NCBI GenBank assembly: GCA_002633005.1
Contig: NMRA01000026.1
Coordinates: forward strand, 1,198,710-1,262,709
DNA from: Phoronis australis
Taxonomy: Eukaryota; Animalia; Phoronida
Reading direction: 5' to 3'
Length of the DNA stretch: 64,000 nt
Shown piece after piece: positions 1 to 12,573 of the stretch (the first letter of the stretch is position 1; each line of letters opens with the position of its first letter). Position numbers and translations under genes: made by a program. Below the pieces are notes generated by a model. It made no database searches. It was given only the letters and a program-made list of their open reading frames with translations, and had not been told where the DNA came from.

Positions 1-407
1 AAATTTCCGCGGCAAATTCCTTTCTTACCGCGGCGTTGCAGACGACGTTCACCTCAAAAAGCGGAAGTTGCTCTTTATGTTCGGAGGAACGTAAATTGTC
101 AACATTGCCGGGGCATCTGAGATAGCGTGGTGTGATTTTCAATGGTGTCTCGTGTTATTGTTAAGCGTGGCGACAAATACTACCGCTCTGCAGCCAAAAA
201 TGTGTGGGTTGGGAGTAGACAGGCGAGCTAAAAGGACGCAGACGCATGCTACTCATGGTGGTAACGTTTTTTTTTTTTTTAGTCCTCCCGATTTTTGTCG
301 GGGAAAGGTTCACATTGACCAGTTCTAGGCTGGTTATCGGGCGATGATTTGGGCCGTGAAAGTTTCAAAGTTTCCGCGTTTTTTGTCATTGGTCATTCCA
401 AGCCCTG
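1..407 (+). mobile_element. hAT-like MITE family 1, 5'-truncated by the window edge
   Basis: Near-identical to 800-1296; ends in the TIR ATTCCAAGCCCTG at 407. Confidence 0.85.
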
Positions 408-799
408 ATGTTTATTGTCTCCGCCTTTGCCTAAAATAAGCCACACTAAATTTAAAGAAACTTTGATCTGTAAGCATCAGTAAAAAAGTGTTTGGATGAC
501 GTGGAAGTATTTACACAGAGTACCAAAGTTCATGTGTCACCAGATGGTGCTGCTCCAGAGAGCACTTTCTAGGTAAATATGGGAACTGCAATTCACATCG
601 TCTGCACTGCCACGGGTCTCTTGTGGATTGACAAGTGCAATTGAAGGATATGATACGTAAATACTTCAAATAACAATTCAGGATCATGTTTGATTGCTTG
701 CAATGAGGCTAATGTCAAGTATGCGGTAGTCTTTCAGCGAGCGTATGGCAGACTTCACAATGAGTGTTTGTGACACCATTTCTGGTGACGTTATAAGAT

Positions 800-1296
800 C
801 AGGGCTTGGAATTTTCCGCGGAAACGCGGATTTCCGCTTTTTTCAAATGTGCTTTCCGCTTTTTTTATAATATTTCCGCGTAAAAAAATCGGATTTGATA
901 TAAAATTTCCGCGGCAAATTCCTTTCTTACCGCGGCGTTGCAGACGACGTTCACCTCGAAAAGCGGAAGTTGCTCTTTATGTTTCGGAGGAACGTAAATT
1001 GTCGGGGCATCTGGGACAGCGTGGTGGAATTTTCAATGGCATCTCGTGTTATTGTTAAGCGCGGCGACAAATACTACCGCTCTACAGCCAAAAATGTGTG
1101 GGTTGGGAGTGGACGGGCGAGCTAAAAGGACGCAGACGCATGCTACTCATGGTGGTAACGTTTTTTTTTTAGTCCTCCCGATTTTTGTCGGGGAAAGGTC
1201 CACATTGACCATTTCAAGGCTGGTTATCGGCCATGATTTGGGCCGTAAAAGTTTCAAAGTTTCCGCGTTTTTTGTCATTGGTCATTCCAAGCCCTG
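800..1296 (+). mobile_element. hAT-like MITE family 1, full length, 13-bp TIR, 6-bp TSD
   Basis: CAGGGCTTGGAAT...ATTCCAAGCCCTG flanked by TAAGAT on both sides (794-799 and 1297-1302). Confidence 0.9.
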
Positions 1297-1458
1297 TAAG
1301 ATAAAAAAATATATAAAGTGTCCCCATCCCAATTTCTGGGTGAGCCCAGACTATAAATATTTTTATTTTTTCCTGGCCTTATCAAGTTATCGTCATCACA
1401 AAGATTTTAACGATGTTTCAGTCTGGCCTGTAATAAGTTGACTCTATACTTAATGTAG

Positions 1459-4400
1459 GTGGCTGACTGGACAGGAACCACATATCAAGACAAAAGATAC
1501 ATGAGTAAGTACATGGTGAATAAAACACTAAAAATAACTTATCAGCGCTCGATTTGGCGACCTGCAGTTCGCCAATGCAACCTCAGATTGTGTTTGGCTA
1601 CCTGGGAAAAATTCCTATTCGCCAGCTTGTGAGTACTAAAGTCAGGCAGTAATTCCCTCTAAGTTCATTTTAAAGTTCGTGTTGACCTCTGAACTTTAAA
1701 TTAATAAGTTTTCCATGATTTGTTACTTTTGGTTCACAATTTATTTCATGAAATCTGCAAATTTGGCGGTTCCAAGTTGGTTCCTTTTTCTCACTACACG
1801 GTATGTATTTCATATTTGAAGTTCCCGAGAATGAAGATATGGTATTTTGGTAGATGTGTGAAATATTGTGAAAACGAGCAATTTTTGTGAATAAGGTTTG
1901 AAATACGCTTATGGTCTTCAAACCAAACCCCAACCAGAGCATTTTGGCAAACTGTTAATTGTCATGTTGTTTGCAGATAAGTACTCGTCTCAGTTTGGTT
2001 CGGGCAGCCAGTACGCCTATTACCATGAGGAGGATGAGTCATCATTTCAACTCGTGGATACAACTAAAGTGCAGAAACCTATCTACCAGAGAGGCAGAGT
2101 TCGTTTCAACCAGGTATTGTGTGCTGGATATAGCTTGGCTGAACAGGCTCATCTCCAGATGACCAAGTTTCATGCAATAAGTTCTAAGCATCACTGAGAG
2201 GTGGATTGTTTTTCAATCATTGGTGCGTCTTATGGGATCGTGCTTTGTTATGCACCTGATACTCTGTTGCTACTGCGCACTGCATTCTGGGTAATAATGA
2301 CCATGATCACTTACAAAGGTCCTGCATTTTGAGAATGCATTTTCTCTGCTGAATAACAGGAATCCAACTGGTGTTCAAGGTCTGGGACCCCTGTGAGTGT
2401 CTTGTCAGAAAAGAGCATGACTGCTGCTAACTGTTTATCACAAGTCTTCCTGTCTTTAACTATTGATTGATGTGAATTTTAGAATAAACTGCGCCGTGAG
2501 AGGGAACGTCGCCAGCAGCTGCAGAATCAAGCTAACATGCAGGTGCTGTCGAAGACCCAGAAGAGTCGGGAGAGGTGGGTGTAAAATTATTCACCTAATG
2601 GGCGTCTGAGACTTACATGTTAAACAGTGGTTATCATAGTAAATCCTTTTGGAATGACACAGTTGCCTCGGAGCATAGTCAACTGTAACGTCTGATCGAT
2701 ATGCTTTCTAGCTCACCTATAATTTCTTTGTCAGTCCAAGAGATTTCAGTAAATACTTTTAAAGAATTATAACATATTTACAAAGTTTGTTTCATACATC
2801 TAAAGCCCAGAAAGTTGTTGATGTCATTGTGAAACTTCAGTTTGCTTGTTTTTTTGCGAGAGTACAACTAACCGCCACTTAAACTCGGTATCGCAAATGG
2901 TAGAAGTAGTGTGCAGTAAAACATATTGGAGTTCCACCACAAGAACAGTTGTTTCACATCTACTGGATTACAGTTTTGTCACAAAGTGACTAATGTCTTT
3001 CCTTTGTTGTGTACCAGGGACCGCCAACGTCAATTGAAAAAGTGGCAAAAGCAGTTTGGTCGTCAGATGCAGGACAACCGTCACCGGACCCAAGTGAAGC
3101 ACCGCGACGCCTCTGTACAGGTGAAGGACACCTGGGAGATGGTAGACGATATGGATTTCCCGCGACTATCCAAGCTGTCGCTGCCCTCTGTGGACGAACC
3201 CATAGACTTGTACGTCCTCTAACTATTCATGAGTATTTTGCTGTTAATAGATATGAGTTTAGGGGGGTGGAAATCTTTACACTGGCGATGGCGATTGATC
3301 ACATGAACTTGTCCTTATTATCTGCTAGCCAGTGAGAGACAACATTTCTGTTGTAACTATAAGCGGTTTTTGGGTTGTGTTCCCATGAGATCCATTTCAG
3401 TCCGGTGTCAAGTATTTTTCTTGGCACTACTTTGACATTTTGGCAGCTTTAACTAATAAGAGAGCCGTTGTTACATCTATCAGGCATGTCACATGATCTC
3501 ATGCGTTTGCAGGAAGGTGTGTGGTAGTGTGGAGTATTATGACAAGGCGTACGACAGAGTGACGACCAAGAATGAGAAGAGATTGATGAGGGTGAACCGA
3601 GTGTTTCACAAGGTGACAACCACTGACGATCCCGTCATTAGGAGGGTCAGTATCCTGTTGCTTATCAATGTATCCATGATTGGCTGTTGATTTTAATACA
3701 GTTTGTAACCTGTATTTCAATTCACTGTGGCTAACGACGGTTAGTAAATCAATTTATTGGTTGCTGTGTCAATCCCAGGTTGTCAGATGAAGTTTGATTC
3801 TTTTAATATTGGTTATTGGCTTCTGTTCTAAGCCATTGTTAACTTCATGTTTGATTTTCTCTTGTTTTTTTAATATTTTGCAAATGTCATTATTTCTGTG
3901 CATTATCTTGGACATTTATCTCTGTCAAAGAAAAAGTGAGGGTACAGACTGTTAAGATTTAACTACATGAATTATTCAAAGTCCTTTCCGAAACAATGGT
4001 AACTAAAAGCACCATTCTTGTTTTGTTGCTAATCCCATGATATGCCTATTAGTTGTAAATGAATTTGTATGCACTGTCACTGTCAATGTTTTAGCCACAG
4101 TTTTCTCAGCATGTTTCAATGTCCGTACTTCAACAATAGTTCTGTTGATTTAGATGGCTAGATCCAAGGATCAGACAGGTAACGTGTTTGCCACTGACGC
4201 CATCTTGGCCACGCTGATGTGTTGCACGCGCTCCGTCTACCCCTGGGACATCATTGTGAACCGAGTTGGTGACAAACTGTTCTTTGACAAGCGAGACGAT
4301 TCTGAATTTGGTAAGTAGGCTTTGTTTTGGTCTCCTAGTGTGTGACTCATTGATGATACTAAGTGGCAACCAAAATAGTCAAATTGTGGCTCATTGATGA

Positions 4401-7400
4401 CACAAGGTGACAACCAAAGCAGACTTCTTCATGCTTCCTTCTACTCAGAATTTTCTGTTGTTCTTATTTTTTACCTGATAGCAATGGTGGTGAACATATG
4501 CAAAGCAACTTCAATAAATCTCAAGCTATTTGATAACTGCATTTGATGAACTTTCATCCCTCCTTTACAAGATGGGTGATTGCTTTTTCTTGTATGGATT
4601 CATTCATTTGGTTGCACACAGCATTATGTTTTTCATGCTTTGTGGACTAAGGCATTCTTCTACATAATGTGTTCTCTGCAATGTCAACTACATATTGTTA
4701 ATATGCCTCACTGTGAATTTAACTTGAATTGTGCTGTAATTGTTTAGACCTATTGACTGTAAGTGAGACGGCGACTGAGCCCCCTCAGGATGAAGGGAAC
4801 ACAATCAACGCTCCACGCAACCTGGCACTGGAGGCAACCTTCATCAACCATAACTTTTCCCAACAAGTCCTTCGCACTGTAAGTTTGTTAACATTTTCAT
4901 TGTAACTGCCTTTACTGCCTGATCCTTATGTCTCAGACCTTGTCTTCTTGTTATCTCTTTATCCTTTGCTCATTTGGCTTCATTTTGTTGCTGACATAAC
5001 TTGTAAGGCCAAACAAGAGCAGTGGAAATAACAGAAGTCTTGATTTTTGACTGCCAATCTCTTAAGCTAAAAGGTCTAACATTTTCATTTGCTCAGGTGG
5101 TAATGTCAGACAGCTTCTATTACCGTTTTGGTTTTTACAGGGTGAAGAGCGTTTCAACTTTGACGAATCTAACCCATTTGTGCAAGACGAGGATAAAACT
5201 GAAGTAGCATCTGTAGCCTACAGGTAGAGCTTTCTTGATGGTTTTGTTTTTAGTCCAACTCAATGCGGATGGTGTCATATTTACAACACTATATACTATA
5301 TACGCAGACTTCAGACTGTTCCCATTCAAAGCTCTTCCATTTCAAAACATAACTTCCAACTAGACAGTTAAAAGATTTCAAAGACTCGTGACCAAGAGAG
5401 TACTGAAAAATTAATTTCTATCTTATTTGTCTGTATTATGAATTTTGTCCATTCAGGTATCGTAAGTTTGATTTGGGCAAGGGTATTGAATTGATATGTC
5501 GGTGTGAGCACGACGCTGCCCTCTCTGGACCAAATGGTGAAACCCAATTTATCAACATCAAGGCACTTAATGAGTGGGACTCTAGAGTAAGTATAAAATG
5601 TGCGCAGTAACCATGGTTATCTTTCCTAAAATATCTTTAAGTTTTCTTCAGTGTATTAGGCTTTATATTTGGTGGTAATTGAAGAATAAATTTGCTTTAT
5701 CTTCCTCAGTACACTGTATAAAGCTTTTCCTTTGAGATAAACAAGGTACCAATTCACTGTTTGGCTGTTATGTTTGAGCCAGTCTTCGACTCGGTTTATA
5801 GATATCGTTCCTTTGAAGCGCATATAAGCAACTTACCAGTGAAGGCAAAAATTGTGGGCTGAATATGGACTGGCAAGCTTGAGACTGTCCACGGGCAAGT
5901 CTTTGTGATGTCTAACTTGCAGCAGGACTATAGCGCAAACTAGAAAGTCACTGTGCCTATTAGTCTTTCAAATTAGTTGGCAGTTTTTCAAATATCTGCC
6001 AAACGACACCTCCTGCACCTACTTTTCAACTCCTAACGTTGTTACCCTGTACCAAAACCATGCGACAAAGTTCAAAATAAACATATTCCGTGTTCTATTT
6101 TGCGTTTCTAGCTCCTTTTTATTCAGTTTTACTGCATGGTAAACGACAGCGTGACGCATGCATTTTTATTGGCTTAGAAAACATTAACGCTGGAATCTTT
6201 ATCTTGTATTGGCCAGTTTATGACCAATATTTATTACAGCAAAATGTCGCCTTCCTTGGGTACCCATAACTTTGTATGACAAACGATATGACAATGGTGC
6301 TCAGGCCCGTCTGATCTGCCAAGGTTCACAGAGTTTCTCGATTATTAGATGCGACCTTGTTCCTTTTGTAACTGCCTTGTAAGAGCATGGATTGCGTTTT
6401 TCATTCTTGGTCCTTTTGTGTATATTTTGCCCGGTGTACTGATCTGCCCACCAGTTGGCCAGTATTAATCGACCATATTTTTTGACATGAAAATGACAGT
6501 TGTTAAGTGCCACATAGACCATAAACATGCAAGACAAATTTTTTTCAGTAACAAGTCCTTCACTTTTCTGCCGATTTAGTGAAAAAAGTTGCGTCAGCCC
6601 AATAATGCTCCACCTGATCGTTTGTGTTCAGTCATATTTATCTCTGTTCGTTTTTTTGGCTTAATTGTTCTGGGGTTATGGTGTGTTTTATAACCTTGTC
6701 TATTGTTTATTTCATTCTAGTTCTCCGGTGGAGTAGACTGGAGATCCAAACTGGACAACCAGCGGGGCGCCGTCCTGGCAACGGAACTCAAAAACAACAA
6801 CTGTAAACTGGCCAAATGGACCATCTGTTCACTGCTAGCTGGTTCATCCCAGCTCAAGTTTGGGTAGGTGGAATGATCTGTTTCCTTCCTGGATTGGTTT
6901 AGATAGGTGTGTGACATTAAATGTATTTGTCAAGAGTAGCAACACGAGGACCATGTGTGACAAGATGGTGGTGATGTCTTTATTATTGTTGTGAGGATAA
7001 CTTTTATGCAAGCCGGTTGTGACATGAGCTTCATCTTGCCTTGTTGAAAAGTGCGTTAGCCATGATAGCAGGTGTCAAAATTAATGTGTTAATGGGTCAT
7101 CGTTTTCATATTTAATAATGTGTACTTATGCCTACCTACTGGAATTGTGAAGAGCCATCCTATTGTGGATGTGGGTAGGTATAGTGCAGTAGTTGAATGT
7201 TTAATGGGCGACACCCCTAGGATGTCCAGAGGATTGATACAAGGACCATTCATGATGACTCATCTTGGATTGCCTCTTGGCAACCTCCAGACGAATTGTT
7301 TGTAAACTGTACTGTTGTACGAATTAATGAAAAGATGAATGGTCCATTGTTGAAAATAAATGTGTAGCTCTTGGGCTTGTTCCAGTCTCTTCTCTGACCT

Positions 7401-10400
7401 GCTGGCTCTATTTATTTCAGCTATGTGTCTCGTAACCACTATAAGGACACGGCTAAACACATAGTGTTGGGAACACAACAGTTCAAGCCAACCGAGTTTG
7501 CAGCTCAGATCAACCTGAGCATGGAGAATGCGTGGGGAATCCTACGTTGTATCATCGATGTGTGTATGAAGCTGGACCAGGGGAAGTACCTCATTATGAA
7601 GGACCCCAATAAGGTGAGGAGTGATGGATACATGGGCACTGGTGATTAGAGGGGTTCTGGGGTTTGAGGTCATGAACGTAGATCTGGATTCTGATCTGAA
7701 TCTTACTCTTTGGGCTAATGTCAAAAATTTTAAGAATGGTCTGAAATACGATAACTATGGACTATGAAAAACTTGTGTTGTTCATATGCATGCTCAAGAC
7801 TCGTGAAGTTAGAAATTTTTGTTTGTGTCCCTCTTCCCGTACTGCTTCGTTACTTAAATTTTTTCCAAGCAATGACCATCGTTGAATGTGAGGTGTAGTT
7901 TGTGTTAAATATTTTAAAATTGATAATTTTTCTGATTTGATGAATAATATTTGTCTCCTTTACATTCAGCCTGTCATCCGCATCTACAAGATCCCGCAGA
8001 ACACGTTTGATGAGGATGAAGATGAGGATGAGGAGGATGATGATGATGACGATGACGACGATGATGAAGACGGTAAGTTTTGAAGATATCCTGTTCTTGA
8101 ATCTCTATGGTGTAAAGTCCTTAACTCAGCTTTCATTTGATTTGTGTTTTGAATTATATGTAATATGCAGTGACATGTATTTACAATACAGACCAAAAAA
8201 CACTCAAAGTACCATTCCCGCTCATGACGGTCAATTTTGCCTGCAAATTTTTTCGGAATAGTTTCAACTGAGCATGATCTGTCATGATTTCGTCGTGCCA
8301 GCTGTCTTCCATTGTGTAAAAAATAACTGCAGCACATTGACACAATGGGAGACTTTGAGATAGCAACTTGGCAACTGGCCTTGTGGGACTAGATACCAGT
8401 GGCCTCTAGAGGACTAGGAGGCATTTTATAACTTCTGTTTAAAACACATTCCATGTAATCAAATTCAACGTAAAAAGTGTTTTCACGATGTCAGACTTTC
8501 CCCTATGCTGCCCGCTGCGAAAAGAAAATAACTTCTGGTTCAGCTAGGTGGCATTACAAGTCACAGGTCTCACATGATTAACCTCCATTGCTTCCTGAAA
8601 GTCTTCCATTCCAATGTGCTCGTGTACAGTGTACTGAGCGTCATGATGTCAACAACTTGATTATTGCCATATATTTAGAGACGAGTCTGACTACTGTTCC
8701 TAGTGGCAGTTAAGTTTTTCTTTTTGTATGCCGCAATATCCAGGGCTTGGAATTTTCCGCGGAAACGCGGATTTCCGCTTTTTTGAAATGTGCTTTCCGC
8801 TTTTTTTATAATATTTCCGCGTAAAAAAATCGGATTTGATATGAAATTTCCGCGGTAAATTCCTTTCTTACCGCGGCGTTGCAGACGACGTTCACCTCAG
8901 AAAGCGGAAGTTGCTCTTTATGTTTCGGAGGAACGTAAATTGTCAACATTGCCTGGGCATCTGGGTAAAGCGTGGTGTGATTTTCAATGGCGGCTTGTGT
9001 TATTGTTAAGCGCGGCGACAAATACTACCGCTCTGCAGGCAAAATTGTGTGGGTTGGGAGTGGACGGGCGAGCTAAAAGGACGCAGACGCATGCTACTGA
9101 TGGTGGTAACGTTTATTTATTTTTTTTTGTTTAGTCCTCCCGATTTTTGTCGCGGAAAGGTTCACATTGACCATTTCAAAGGCTGGTTATTGGGCATGAT
9201 TTGGGCCGTAAAAGTTTCCGCGTTCTTTGTCATTGGTCATTCCAAGCCCTGAATATCTGCCAAGTTCCTTGATGGATCTTTATAATATTTGATAAATAAT
9301 TTCCATGAAGGAAAGGACAGCACCTGTCTAGTTTCATTTGGATTCGAGTTCTGATGCACTTGACCAATTTTAGCTATTTTGTGCCTATTTGACATCTGCC
9401 TTTCTATTGCCCAAACCACTTGAAGAAGCAACATGAAACGTTGTTAGATGTGTTCAAATTAAGGAGAGTCTGGATGACATTAATTTTTAGACAGATCTGC
9501 TGTGGTAACCGCAAGTGGCAATTTTAGCAAATTTTAGTTTTTGATGTGTTTTTTGTCAATGTCTATAAAATTCTTTCGTTTATTTTTATGCGCCCACATA
9601 TTTATATGTGGTCGCATATTGCTGTCATCTCTGTCTGGGCGTCCGGTGTCCGTGGTCTGCAGCTGTATCTCCTAAGCCCCTCACAGGATCTTGATGGGAT
9701 TTGGCAGATGTGTTCCTATGAAGCTGACAAGGGATGATGACGAATTTCGGATCTCTCGGACTACCGGTGTGCCCCCTGGTGGCAATTTTAATTTTTACAC
9801 TTACCTCTGCATCTTCGGAAGTCCTCAACATATTATCTTCAAATTTGGAATATAGGCATCCATTAGTGAGATGATGCTATCCTCTTGTTTTCCGGTGGAT
9901 TCAACACAGTTTGCTCCACCTAGTGGCCATTTTTACTGTTTTCGAGTCTGTTCTTTGGCATCCGTTCTGATATCAACCAAACCGCTCTAGGGATGATTGT
10001 GAAAATTGGCGTGTATGTTCTTACCATAGGCAAAACAGATGGTGCTGGATGCAATGATGCTTTACTAACAAGTAGCGCTGCTCACAGTCGTGTGACATTG
10101 TTGTGGGAAATGAATCTTGACCCAGCACCTTGACCAACATTCTAAAGCTGCTGACGTCACATCGCCGTTGTAACATGATAAGATCTATGTTTATACAGTC
10201 AGCTGTTATTAATCATGGCCACCAACATGTTTATATACCCTCTGACACAGCGCTACCTATTCGTTTAGCACTGTGATAGAGTGTACATGTTTATAGTGCA
10301 TGCTAGCAATTGGTTCAGGTCGTTAAATAGATACTATATAAGTTGAAACCACTCTCTTGTTGATAGAACATATAATATTACAGACGTTTCTACTTGGTGA

Positions 10401-12573
10401 ACCATCAGCTGCCGTGCCACGGCCAGTCCGGTCTGCTGGACTGTTGTTGGCTAACGAGACACTGAATGAAAAAGAAAATATCGCAAGAGAACGAAATCTA
10501 ACATGTATATCACCATGTATAATTCAAGCATAATTTAAAAAATATAGTGGTTATATTTCAACCTAATTAAAATTGTGGTTGTTGAGTTGCCAAAATCTCG
10601 CTGGGTGGAAAAGTGACTGGGCCCGGTTTAGTAGCCACCTTAAAAGCTGGTGTGGTGGCAACCAGGCTCATGCTTCCCAAAGGATTGCAACATTGTAGGC
10701 TGCAAATTGTAAGATAAATTTCACCTCACACACTTAGGTTTAGTTTGGCACAAACTTCTGACAGAAAAATACCCGACAGAAAAGTTAATGTCAACACTGG
10801 GGGAATTATGTAACAGCTAAAAGTGAATTATTAAAGTTTTTTATGCATTTTTGATAGAAAGGATTAATTTTGACATGGTGAAATGATTTATTATAGGGAG
10901 TTTATTGGGTGAACGTTCAAGTACTGACCAATAAGTTCGCTCAAAAACTAGATGATTGAAGAGCAAAAATTGGTTTATTTGACCAACTTATATGTCGCCT
11001 CACCATAGTCACGTTCATTGAGTATATATTTTACCCCAGCATTTAAGCCAAGCAACCACAGCAGCGTAGATTATTTGAACACTTTCATCTTAATTATATG
11101 TTATAAATAGTTATTACAAAAGGGGTTTTAATGTCGGACACAAATATTTCTTTTCCATACAAATTCGCCACTCATCAGGACATACACTTTCTTGTTCATG
11201 AACTCTCGTGACCTGTGGCTACAGTCAGCAGCAGCAGCAGAATGTAGGTCAAGGTGCTGGCCGACAGTCTTATTTGAGATCCTTAGCGATAAAATGACAC
11301 GTGATTAATGAGAAGCGCCATCTGTTTGTCGTAAAGGTTTTGGATGAGCAGGTACCTTTTGCAAAAGGATGGCTGACGATGATTTTCCGACGACTTCGAC
11401 TACTGTAGCACCTCCTGTTGGCAGTTTTGTTTTTTGCATCCATGGGTGTATCTCCTAAACCATTTGCAGGATATTTAGTTAAAGTAAATTTAGCAAGTGC
11501 ATTTATATGCTGTTGACAACGGATGTTGACAACTTTGGCACGGATCGAGCCCCCTAGTGGCAATTTTAGTTTTTTACGTCTACCTCTGTATCTTCAAAGG
11601 TCCTCAACGTATATTGTTAAAATTTGGAATGTAATCATCTATTGGTGAGATGACGGTATCCCCCCATTTTCAGATGGATTCGAGGTATTTATATGAAGCT
11701 AACAATAGATGATAACTTTGAGGCAAACGTTGTGCCCCCTATTTGAAATATCATATTTTTCTGTTTTCCTTTGTTTCTCTGAAGTTGAAATTTGGTAAAT
11801 GGCTTTCTACGAAAGAAGCGATGGCATGTTTTGATTTCAGATGGATTGGACGTTTTGCGCCATCTAGTGGCCATTTTTATGATACAAATGAACAACTCTA
11901 GAAACACACCATTTGCGATGCATTCGTAGGCGCATTTCAATATAATTGTTATGAAAGTTTGCATGTGTTATCATGTTGAGGAGAGCACGGTTGCTATTGA
12001 ATTTCTTTTAGTTCAGTTCTGGTTACTGTAGTGTACCGTTGTGGCATTTTTTTTGTTTTTGTGCCAGCATCAACTCTTTCCAAGTCCCCGATGCATCTTC
12101 ATAAAGAGAGAGCTTGGTTAGTGTTGATTTTTGGTGGATTCGACCACTATGGTGCTTCCTTGTGGCAATTTGAGTTTACTTCGTGTCTTCCTCAATGTCT
12201 ACCAAGTTCTTTGATGTTGCTTTATGAAATTGGGCATATAAGTTTCTAATGAGGAAATGATGACTGGATCCCACTACTAGGGAAATATTTTAGAAATGAA
12301 CTCTCTTTCTTTTATATGTGATGCACACATTGGATGCATAGCAATGTTCTTCGTTGCTCTTGTAAAAGTTGAGAAGTTTGCTGTGATGAGCAGGTGATAA
12401 AATCAAACAAAGGGCAAGGGAATACTATGATGTTGCATACTGTTTATTGAACACTGTAGTGACACCTGTTGACAGGTAGATACACTTGTCCTTTAGTGCT
12501 TCTGTTGATGACACCTATTGATAAGTATGCTTCTTCACGTTTTGTGTTTGTTTTTACAGATGACAATGAATAG
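1459..12573 (+). CDS. EIF3D: Eukaryotic translation initiation factor 3 subunit D; 5'-partial, 13 coding exons in window
   Basis: Phase-consistent GT-AG exons: 1459-1504, 1977-2113, 2483-2574, 3018-3209, 3513-3645, 4154-4310, 4748-4878, 5141-5223, 5457-5586, 6721-6863, 7421-7613, 7970-8072, 12560-12573 (1554 nt in total). Translation gives eIF3d motifs [59 protein letters not shown] and an acidic C-terminal tail. The last 14-nt exon (DDNE*) is the least certain. Confidence 0.96.
8009..8071 (+). repeat. Coding GAT/GAC/GAG/GAA run giving the poly-Asp/Glu tail of eIF3d
   Basis: gatgaggatgaagatgaggatgaggaggatgatgatgatgacgatgacgacgatgatgaagac inside exon 7970-8072. Confidence 0.85.
8741..9251 (+). 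mobile_element. hAT-like MITE family 1, full length, 6-bp TSD
   Basis: Same TIRs and internal sequence as 800-1296; TSD AATATC (8735-8740 and 9252-9257). Confidence 0.9.
9586..12363 (+). mobile_element. Non-autonomous Helentron/DINE-like element with ~140-bp internal repeats, interrupted by an insertion at ~10030-11270
   Basis: 5' hairpin ATGCGCCCACATAT-TT-ATATGTGGTCGCAT after a T-run, then a GTCY-rich tract, degenerate core repeats, and a 3' hairpin GCAATGTTCTTCGTTGC-TCTTGT. The same ends recur at 53014-54487, 39994-41585 and ~59795. Confidence 0.7.

Noticed and set aside
849-1441. ORFs 849-1058 and 1046-1441, and their counterparts at 8806-9252
   Set aside because: They lie in MITE family 1, use non-ATG starts and are not frame-conserved between copies.
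4340-4480. Possible C/D-box snoRNA in EIF3D introns (TGATGA motifs here and at ~7621 and ~12383)
   Set aside because: No convincing paired D box with a terminal stem; the 4340-4425 signal is a ~48-bp local duplication.
7984-8343. Poly-Ser ORF on the minus strand and the Met-rich ORF 8007-8261
   Set aside because: Alternative-frame and antisense shadows of the eIF3d poly-Asp/Glu exon.
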